64,000 nucleotides of DNA, taken from assembly GCF_009914755.1 (NCBI RefSeq), contig NC_060932.1; one strand, written 5' to 3'. The stretch is from the human T2T-CHM13v2.0 reference genome, Homo sapiens. The notes below the pieces were generated by a model. It was not told the DNA's origin, did no database searches, and saw only the letters and a program-made list of their open reading frames with translations. Position numbers and translations under genes: made by a program. This document shows, one piece after another, positions 52,643 through 64,000 of the stretch; within the stretch, counting starts at the first letter, position 1; every line of letters starts with the position of its first letter.

Positions 52643-53419
52643 TACTGTATTTTGGAGAGAATGGGAGATGGAGAAGAAAAAATGTTCAGGTTACCAATCA
52701 TCTGAAAATGTCACCCTTATATGTGGACACTGTAGATGCCATTATATTTGATATTCCTCTTGGCAAAAAGCAAACAACCTTGGGTTTTACTCCTTCTCAT
52801 GAATCAAGATGGCCTGGAATTATTTTAATTGTCAGGGAAAAGTCAAACTCAGATAAAGAATGCATTTTAGATAACACTGAAACATGTCGACAGAAAATAG
52901 CCATCGTATTTCCTTTTAGCACACTGCTCCAAGTCTACCTGCTTTCTTATGCTGACACTGGTGTCTCTTTTTTCTTTCCTGATTGCCACTCTCCAAAAGG
53001 CCCTGGCATAGTCCCAAACTGCTTAATTTCAATGTCTTGAAAGAAGCTTTTATAGCCAGCCCTCTGTGGTGACAAATCAGGGTAATTGCCCTGGTCTCCC
53101 CATTTGAGGGGCTTTGTGCTGCTGCAGTAATTGCTGGCTCAGCAGTGGTTTTCAGGGAAGCAGCTGGCAAGAGGGGAAGGAGATGGTTTCTACAGCTGAT
53201 ATAAAATGACAAAAGGCTCATTTGTAAACTCACAACCAACTATGTGCCCTTCCCCAAAGTGAAGATTACTTCTTTCTGAGTGTAACAGAGCACTCGTGGT
53301 ATGTTTAGTTCATTTTGTAACTTCTTTTCCACTTGAAGCACTTTTTGAAATTTATTTGATTAAGATTCCTCTTACAGAAATATTAACACAGGAAAAGGCT
53401 TGCAGAAACTGGACAAAAA

Positions 53420-53515
53420 TAAAATTATCTGATAAAATGTATATCAGTGAGTGACTCACAGTAACAGCAGGGCTGGGGAGGGGAGCATTTCCTGGAAGGG
53501 ATGGAGGGAGGGTTT
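53420..53515. promoter_or_regulatory. Candidate enhancer motif cluster (paired GATA, AP-1, STAT/GAS, G-runs)
   Basis: TTATCTGATAA 53425-53435; TGACTCA 53452-53458; TTCCTGGAA 53489-53497; lies in a non-repeat, locally GC-richer island. Confidence 0.35.
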
Positions 53516-53963
53516 GCTTGCTGCCCTGGAGAGCCAAGAGGAGGCTGAGCCCTGGTTTCCGAGAGGGTGAACATGGGTGTCGCAGAGTATCAATAGCTTT
53601 GATGAGACCTGGTCTGACTTGTTATTTGAATGGCTTTAAGCACTAGGAATGGTGCTCCTGAATGGGGAACCATGGAAGGAGAGTAAAGGATGCCTCCATC
53701 TTTGAAAGTAAATGAGTCCATCACAGCTCAACCGCAGGGCTCCACAGAGGGAATCCAACTGTGAGACAGGTGCCCTGGATGCCGAGGGAAGATAGCAGTG
53801 GAGTAAACAGTGGTTGCAGTGGCCACGCAATGTCATCACTATGGGTGCATTTTTGTCAGAAATCTCCTGGAAACATCAAAAGCAGATGTCTGGATTTGTT
53901 AGGTGCTGTGGACCTCACTGTCTGGAAGAATAAGAGGCCAGGTGAAACATGAAAATGATTGTA

Positions 53964-54427
53964 CAGTTGACCCTTGAACACTTGAACAACACAGGTTTGG
54001 ACATCGAGGGTCCACTGATAATGTGGATTTTCTTCCACCTCTGCCACCCCTGAGACAGCAAGACAAATACCTCCTCTTCCTCTTCCTCCTTCTTCCCAGC
54101 CTACTCAACATGAAGACAATGAAGATGAAGAGCTTTATGATGATCCACTCCGACTTAATTAATAGTAAATATATTTTCTCTTCATGATTTTCTTAATCAC
54201 ATTTTCTCTAGCTTACTTTATTGTAAGAATACAGTATATATTACATATAACTAATAAAATGTGTGTGAATCTCCTGCTTATATTTTCAGTTAGGCTTCCA
54301 GTCGACAGTAGGCTATTAATAGTAAAATGTGGGGGAGAGTCAAAAGTTATACATTAAATTTTAACTGTGGTGTAGTAGTGGTAGGGGATTTCTGTCCCAA
54401 ACTCCTGTGTTGTTGAAGGGTCAACTG
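53964..54427. mobile_element. Tigger2a-like non-autonomous DNA transposon (Tc1/mariner-pogo), complete
   Basis: TIRs CAGTTGACCCTTGAACA... / ...TGTTGAAGGGTCAACTG flanked by TA on both sides (53962-53963, 54428-54429). Confidence 0.9.
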
Positions 54428-54627
54428 TAATTTGTGAGATACATGTACCCTCCCTTGATTTAGAGACTTGACATTAATTCTTGAGTTCTGCAAGGTAAGG
54501 AGTGTTGTGGGGTGACAGTGCTAACAAACCAGGCCTCCTTGGCAAATAATTTTAACATTACTCTCTTGCCTTTTGTAGGCATTTTGGACTGTTGTGGCCT
54601 AAAGAAACACTTGCTATGCCCAGGTGC

Positions 54628-54760
54628 TTTTTTTTTTTTTTTCCTACAGATGAGGTCCACTATGTTGCCGAGGCTGGTCTTAAACACGTAGGCTCAAGCG
54701 ATCTGCCCACCTTGGCCGCCCACAGTGCTAGAATTAAAGGCCTGAGCCACCCTGCCATCC
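54628..54760 (-). mobile_element. FLAM_C-like Alu monomer
   Basis: Poly-T, then actatgttgccgaggctggtcttaaac...ggctcaagcgatctgcccaccttggcc. Confidence 0.85.
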
Positions 54761-54929
54761 CTCAGCTGCTTTCAGTTGTAACATTTAAACTTCTGCTAGC
54801 ACACACACATCAAAGATAAGAAAAATGGTCTTTTTAATATAGAAACAGAATTGTTATGTTTATTTTATATACGTTAACAGTTAAATTCACTTAATTCTTT
54901 GCTCTTCTCTTCAACTGTGTATAAACTTC

Positions 54930-55750
54930 TGGTAAACTCATATATTGGGTTTATCGTTTTAGTTTTTCTATTTTTTATTTGTAGGTATCCATTTTATTAT
55001 TTTGTAATTTTTATTTATATAATTTCCTAACTAGCCACCTAATGTTTGAACATATTAAGCATGATAGTTTTAAAGTCTGTCTGGTCCCTCCAAAATTTAA
55101 ATATCTTATGTGTGTGTGGATTTTTTTCTCTTGTCCATTTTATCCTCTGTTTTTTTAAGTTGTATTCTTATCTCCTTGTATGGCTTATAAATTTTGGTTC
55201 AAGAAAAGACATTGCATATAAATATATAGACATAATTTGGGGTTCATAGGGATATTATCTTCCTCCAGAGAGAATTTACTTTTATTCCTGGCAAAATAAA
55301 ATAACAGGTACAATTTATCTCACTGTAATGAGAGGACTAAGGACTGTGTGCTTATGAAGGGCTGGTGGAACACTTAGGCTGCAACCTTTATGAGGTGTTG
55401 GTTATTACTCATTTATTTTTCCTCCTGTGTTATATTTTGCCTCATGTTTTTCTCTAGGAGGGCTCAGAAATCAAATATATAGTACTTAGTCCTTTGATAC
55501 TGCTGGGATTCTCTGTTTTAGCCTCTCGGCAATGATTTTACAATGAGGAAATGCTGAGGGGGAAAGTGTCTCGGAGGGGATGCACATCTCTGAGCTTTTC
55601 TTTTCCCAGGCAGCTTGGCTGGTCAAGTCTGTGTTGCCTTGGTAACATTGCAGCACTTTGTAAAATGTTTTTGTACTCGTTAAAAAAAGAATATTTCCTG
55701 TTTTAATCATCATCCCTGAAGTAGAATTGATTTGTAATAAAGTGGTCCAA
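54930..55750 (-). mobile_element. Very old L1M 5'-region fragment
   Basis: gaacatattaagcatgatagttttaaagtctgt...tatcttcctccagagagaatttactttt. Confidence 0.45.
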
Positions 55751-55959
55751 TATTTCGTATTTGGAAATACCATGTTTATCAAGAGCCCATCATTTCTTTT
55801 TCTCTTTCAAGTGCTAGGACATTTTCATTAATGGTTTCCTCTGTCTTAAGTAATAAACACGGTTCTCATTAATACACAGCCTTACCGGCTGTTGGAATTA
55901 TAACATAATTAGATGGCCTTCTCCACTAAGCTTGAGGCAGCATCTCTGTCCTTTGGAAG

Positions 55960-56095
55960 GTTCATTAAAATATTGAGAGGTAGGTTCCACCCCTAAAGTT
56001 TCTTTTGAATTCAGTAGGTCTGGGTTAAGACCTGAGAATTTGCATTTCCAATAGGTTCTCAAATGATGCTGATGTTGCTGGACTGGAAACCACGG
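55960..56095. mobile_element. MER5A (hAT-Charlie) fragment
   Basis: ttcagtaggtctgggttaagacctgagaatttgcatttccaataggttctcaaatgatgctgatgttgctgg. Confidence 0.85.
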
Positions 56096-56374
56096 TAATA
56101 TTAGATTAGCATGCTGTCCTTCTTCACTTTAGCTGAAAAAATTTACAGATAAATTTGTGGGTTTGTTTTAATAAAAGTAAAGGAAGTAGTGTGCTATCAA
56201 AATTAGACTGTGAGAATTTGCCATTTTTTCAGTTTTATTATTTATTATGAACATGTTGCAGGTTATGTTGATTCCTTCTTATAAAACACCTGAAATGCTC
56301 CCTCCTTCCTATTGTCTTCCAAAAACTAGGGACAAATGTAGAAATGTAATTATTATGATGTAGATATATATTAA

Positions 56375-57305
56375 AAACTCTTTCTAAAGTTTATATGGAG
56401 GAGCAAAAGACCCAGAAAAACCAACACCATACTGAAGTAGAAGAGCAAAGTCAGGAGGCTCGTATTATCCAACCTCAAATCTTACTATAAAGTGACAGTA
56501 ATCAAGGTAGTGTTGTATTCAGTGAGAAGACAGACAATATCTCAATGAAACAGAATGGAAAGCCAAGAAATAAAGTCAAACAAGTATAGTTAATCTTTAA
56601 AAAAGGAAAAAGAATACAACAAAAAAGGTGATGTTTTCCACAGATGGTACTGGAAAAACTGGACATCCACATGAGGAATAAAAAAATAATAATCTAGACA
56701 CAAACCTTACACCTTCTACAAACATTAACTCAAAATGGATCATAGACTTAAATTTGAAAGGCAAATAAAACACCTAGAGGATGACATAGGAGAAAATGTA
56801 GATGACCTTGGGTATGGTGATGACTTCTCAGATACAACACAAAAACCATAATCCATGAAAGAAATAATTAATTTATTGGACCCCATTAAAGGTAAAATCA
56901 TCTGCTCTATGAATAATAGGGTCATGAACATGAGAATACAGGCTACAGACTGGAAGAAAATATATGCAAAAGGCATCTGATGAGGAACTGTTCCCTGAAC
57001 TACACAGAGAACTCTTAAAACTCAACAATTAGAAAGGAAACATCCAATTAGAAACAGGCAAAATACCTGAACAAGCACCTCATGAAAAAAATACACACAC
57101 ACACATATATATATACATATATATGTATACACACACACACATACACACACAAATGGCAAATCAGTTTCATTCTGTTGGGGTATTTTGCTAGTGGGGCAGC
57201 TGTGCAAGTTAGGGCAAGAGGTAGATGGGAGCTCTGTGCTTTCTACTCAGTTTTGCTGTGAACCCAAAACCACTTTAAAAAAGAAATTCTATTGAAGAAA
57301 AAATA
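56375..57305 (+). mobile_element. L1MC-type ORF2 3' part and 3' terminus, internally deleted, containing a (CA)/(TA) microsatellite at ~57092-57150
   Basis: ctaaagtttatatggag...cttactataaagtgacagtaatcaag...aactcaaaatggatcatagacttaaa...cagttttgctgtgaacccaaaaccactttaaaaa. Confidence 0.85.
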
Positions 57306-58905
57306 ACAAACTAAAATACATTTTAAAATAATAACAAATAAATTATTGCTGTGTAATACAAGCTTCACATATGGGGCATGTTTTGTGATAATGATACATT
57401 TAATTTAAAGTGAACAAGCTTCCAAATTATTTATCTTAAAATGATAGATGTTTGGAAGTCCTCTTGTCATTTAATGTATTTAGGGAAATTCTCCTTTTAA
57501 TTCTACTTTTTTCTAAAACATCCTATTTCTATTATGCCTGTAATTCCCATTTTTACATTTTTTTTTTTAGAAATTAAGAGATACACTGTTTCTTTAGAAT
57601 TATTATTTTCTGTGATACTCATAGGAAGAATGTACTGAAACTGCTTTATGTCTCTTCAACTGCGTAATTATTATACCCAAGTCCTGGCAATGATGGAAAA
57701 GGAAAGGTACTTTTTGGCATCTGAGACCAATTGAAAAGAACTCCCTTTTCCTGTTTGGCATAGTAAACGGGAAGGTGAATGTTTGACTGAGAGAGCAAAC
57801 ATGTAGATATATCCCTCACAGATCTGATAATCCCATTTTTATTAGGTATATTCTCAGCTCATTTCCAAAGCTAAACTCAGTTCAAAATCATAAAACTGCA
57901 TACAGTGATGATATTTCTGGAAGAATAATAGTACACCACCCTTAATATTTCAGCCTGCAGCAAAGTATAGAGGTTGGAAGAGACAACAAACTCAAATGTC
58001 ATAGTCTTAACAGTCTCGAACATATTCTTTTTTGTGATTATGTACACCACCGCATTCTTTTTTTTCTTTCTTGCCAAAACAGAGGAGTCATTAATAGAGA
58101 AACTGTAAGTTTTATCAGACTGAATTAAAACTAGAAACCCTGACTTAATTGAGAAATAATGCTTATGGGGATATAATTTACAATAACTAAAATTTCATCT
58201 TATTACAATGACCCCAGAATGACAATCTAACAATATTTGTTAGAATACTTTTTTCCTATACAACTTACAAAACTCTACATTATTTGAATAAGATAGTGGT
58301 AGAAAACTGTTATTAATACACATTGTATGACATTTTAAAAACAGGATTTAATAAAATATATTGTATATATAGAAAGTTCCTAAAACTTAGGCATACAGTT
58401 TAATTATTTAAAAAAAATCAAACCTCCATAAACAAGCTACATGTCAAAGAGAGTCTATTGTTAGCCATTGTGCTGCCTGCTCCCTACTTAGTGCACAACT
58501 GACTTTCTCTCCTCTCACTTAACTGTTATCCTGAAAGGCTTGATAATAATGGTCTTGCTTTGCTATACTACTTTTTTCTTTCCAACCATGAATGCATTCC
58601 AAATACTATAGTTTATTTGAATCAAATCATATATATGTATGACTCTATATTGGTTTCTTTCAGTTAACATGATGTTCCTTGAGATTCATTCATGTTGTTC
58701 CATGTAACTATAATTTAATAATTGTACTTACTCTATACTCGTACTATAACACAGCATGTTACTGTATTCATCTACATAAAATATATTGGTGGCACAGTTT
58801 ATTGATATTTTCCACATTGGCACATAGTTGGGACTACTAAAGAGAATGCTGCTGTGAACACTGGTACACATACTTCTCTAGTGCACTTGCATGCACTGAT
58901 GTTCA

Positions 58906-59214
<309 letters not shown>

Positions 59215-60349
59215 TTACTACAGTTACTCACCAAAATTTATCTCTTTCTGTCCTTTTAATTGTAGCCTCTTTGGAAGATAAACACAGGATATACAACAGT
59301 GGTTTTAAATTGCATTTCTTTGATGAGCACTTTGGTTGAATACTTTCTCTAAGTTGAATAAGCCAAAATCTCTTTTCTGAAAGCCTCATTAATGCTCTTG
59401 CCCACTTTTCTACTGGCTCGTCTTTTTTAGTTTTAGTCTATTATTATCTTATTTTTAAATTTCTATTTTTTACTATTAATTTAGGTTACTCAGTAATATA
59501 ATTTATTTTGGATAAAATTTTATATTTGGCAACATTGAGAAATTTACAAAATAATTTTGTTTATTTAAAAGTTTTGTGTTTTCTATATATAAATTCATAT
59601 TATCAATGAAAATCATGGACTTGTTTATCTTCTAAACCTAACATTTAATTTCTTTTTTTTTTCTCAGCACATTGAGTAAAAGTAGAAAATCATTGATTGT
59701 TAGTGGTGGTAGTGTATATTCCTGTATTGTTACTGATCTCCAAAGAATAATTTAAATAATTCACCATTAAATACATTTTTAAAAAATACAAATACCCATA
59801 TTTGGATTATAAATTTAAAAAATTCTATTTTAAAGACAATTTCTATTTATAATTTAAAGATTCTATCATGAATACATGTTGAATTTCATCATTTTTTCTT
59901 CGTTTTTTGAGTATGTGATTTTAATCCTTCATTTGGTTCATATTGTGAATTATATTGATGCTTTTAAATCTCAAGTTATTTATTTAATTAATAAATTTAG
60001 ACCTCATATAAAGAATGATTTAAATGTAAATTTCCCTTTTTATAAATATTCTTGTCAGGTGCTGTTCCTTGAGATTCATTCACATTGTTCACTCATTCAT
60101 GTAAAGTTATGGCTGGTCCATAAATTAAGTTGGGACTGATTACCCTTTTATTCTATTCTCTGGAGGACCTTACAAGAATTTAGATCATTTTTAAAAAACA
60201 ATTAGTAGAAATTAAAAAGATTCACTAGTTCCTCAAGTTTTTTGTTGGAATGTTTTAAATTACAGATTACATTACTTTAATAATTATAGGATTCTATATT
60301 TAAAACAAATTTCTTTCTGCATCTATTCTGACATTTGTCTAAGAATTAA

Positions 60350-60673
<324 letters not shown>

Positions 60674-61048
60674 TAAATTTTAAAAGTAACTTGCAAAATA
60701 TCATTTATAAGATTTTTAAACATAATTATAATATCTGTAGGATCTGATATCATGGATATTAGTAATTTATGCTGATGCTTGCCATGAGTATTTACATTAT
60801 TATTCTCTCTTAACAATTATTTTTTGTTTTGTTGAATACCTATTTGTATTTTTTTTCTATTTCATTAGTGCCTGCATCCAATACTTCCTTTTTTTTTTTT
60901 TTATTTTGGCTTTTGGGTCTCTCCTTATCTCTCATACTTTCTCTCTTTCTTCCTAAACTTTTTCTAAATTCTTGATCTAGATTCCTGGATTACAGATGTT
61001 GAGACTTAAAAAAATGCATATATATAAGATATAAAAGCCCAAGGTTAG

Positions 61049-61715
<667 letters not shown>

Positions 61716-62158
61716 TTAACTTCATTTTTGATTTCTCCTTTGATCTGTGAAGTATGTTGCTTAATTTTCAAATCTTTTGGAGGGGGATATTCTAATTTTT
61801 TGTGAATATTGCTCTCTCATTTCATTCTATTTAGGACACCACATGTCATTTGAATGGCAAAACGTATTTAATACCTGCTTTATCACCTAAATATAATGAT
61901 ATAATTATTATAAAGGTGTAATCACTTCTTGTCATTTCCAGTGCACTTGAAAATAATTTATACTCAATTTTTGTTGAGTCAAGTGTCTTAAACATAATAA
62001 ATTAAGCAGATTGTATTAATTGAATTGTTCAAAACCTCTATGGCTTGATGGATTTTTAACTCTTATTTTATAGTTATTCAATGAATTGTGCTAAACTTGT
62101 TCTACAATTATCAGTTTGTTCATTTCTTTTGTTGTAGTTCCATCCGTTTTTCATTTTA

Positions 62159-62504
<346 letters not shown>

Positions 62505-62827
62505 AAAGGTATGTTATCAGATATAAAAAAATCTAAACATTATTATGTCTTTTTGATAGGTTTGACACTATCATTATTAAAAGTCCTTTTTATTTCTAGA
62601 AATAATGTTTGCCTTAGATCTACGTTTTCTAATACCAGTATTGCTAAATCAATTGATTTTTGGTCTCTGTTTGGTATAATTTTTTTATTCTTTTCTTTAC
62701 AAATTTTCTGTACTTTTATGTCTTAGATAAACCTTACAGAGACAGAATATAGGGTTTTTCTTTTGCTTTTGTTTTTATTTTATTTATTTATTTATTTATT
62801 TAGTGTAGTGTAAAAAACTTCATAAGA

Positions 62828-63110
62828 AGCGAGGCATGATGGGTCATTCTTGCAATCCCAGCACTTTAAAAGTCCTAGACGATCAGCTCGCTTGAGGCCA
62901 GGAGTTCAAGACCAGCCTGGGCAACATAGCAAAACCCCGTCTCTACAAAAATTAGCCAGAAGTGGTGGTGTGTGTGCCTGTAGTCTTATCAGGAGGCTGG
63001 GGCAAGAGGATCACTTGAGCTGGGGAGGTCACGTTAGAGCTGCAGTGAACTGTGACCCCCACACTTCAGCCTGGTTGATAGTGAGATACTGTCTAAAAAA
63101 ATATATTAGT
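62828..63110 (+). mobile_element. AluJ, diverged
   Basis: gaggccaggagttcaagaccagcctgggcaacatagc...gaggatcacttgagc; TSD AAAAACTT(C/T)ATAAG at ~62813-62826 and 63111-63124. Confidence 0.9.
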
Positions 63111-63395
63111 AAAAACTTTATAAGGTTGCGTTTATTCTATTTACCTGCTATATAACTAATACCTTGTTTTGATTACATTCTACCACCTTACCTTGTGCCT
63201 TACATTTTTCCGCCACATTTGTTTCTTTTTAATCTCCTTTGCTTTTGCATTGTTTATGAAACAAACTGTTTATTTTTTTCTATATGTTTATTTTGAAGTT
63301 TTATACATTTCACTAACGTAGTTACTTTTCTTTTATACTTCTAATAAGTGATTACCTGAAAGATCACGACATTTGCTAAAGTTTTTACTTTACAA

Positions 63396-63635
63396 CAGTG
63401 GCCCAGAGTATTTTGTACGCCCTTGAATGTTCTTTGGATACTTTTCAAGGATCTAGAAGGTCAAAACTATTTTCATAATAAAATGTAGATGGTATTTGCC
63501 TCTTTCACTCTCATTCATTCATAGGTATAAAGTTAAAGTTTTCCAGAAGCTAAACGATGTGTGGTATTACAGGAGAGTAAATGCGGAAACATATATTATA
63601 AATCGTCTGCCTTCTATTAAACCAATCATTAATGT
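63396..63635. mobile_element. hAT-Charlie family DNA transposon fragment
   Basis: aggtcaaaactattttcataataa...tatttgcctctttcactctcattc...gttttccagaagcta...ccttctattaaacca matches a recalled Charlie consensus; subfamily uncertain. Confidence 0.7.
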
Positions 63636-64000
63636 ACATGTTTTTTTTTCCTGTCTTCTTGCCAGTTTTACTATGCTCTTTGCTGTCTTTGGTTCTCTGA
63701 AGACACATGCCAAAGTGCCTTGGCGTGCTTATATTTATCTAGCTTTTGTTTTGTTTGTCTTCTGAATCTGTGTATTGACTTCTTTTTATCTATTTGTGAA
63801 AATTCTTAGCCATCATCTCTTTCAATATATCTTCTGTTCATTCCCTTTCTTAGCTGTGCTTGGGTTGGGACTCAAGTTTGAAGTTTTGTATTTCTCAGTG
63901 TAACACCTTTTTCTCTTATTCTCATATATGTTTTTTCCAAACTTTTGTCTCTCCAATCATCATTCTAGACCTTTTTTACTGAGCCATCTTTCTATTCACT

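Noticed and set aside
52609-53040. 143-aa ORF in semi-unique sequence
   Set aside because: Starts at GTG inside the L2 tail, has no recognisable domain and no convincing splice boundaries

Overview
AT-rich, repeat-dense primate (probably human/ape) genomic DNA, either intronic or intergenic. It holds about 13 Alu/FLAM elements and many L1 fragments, including a four-layer nested L1/L1/L1/Alu complex at ~5.4-20.6 kb. It also holds L2, MIR, two clean solo LTRs with intact target-site duplications (LTR2/HERV-E type and MER9/HERV-K(HML-3) type), MaLR and ERVL remnants (one with a readable RNase H fossil), Tigger/hAT DNA transposons and microsatellites. None of the supplied ORFs looks like a real cellular CDS; the recognisable ones are decayed L1 ORF1/ORF2 or Alu read-through. 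The best signs of host-gene function are a well-formed 39-nt symmetrical candidate micro-exon at 586-624 (+), a few weaker + strand micro-exon candidates further downstream, a strong antisense bias of L1/LTR elements consistent with a + strand host transcript, and a motif-dense unique island at ~53.4 kb. I cannot name the host gene, and I see no convincing novel system. Repeat subfamily names are from recalled consensus sequences, not a search.
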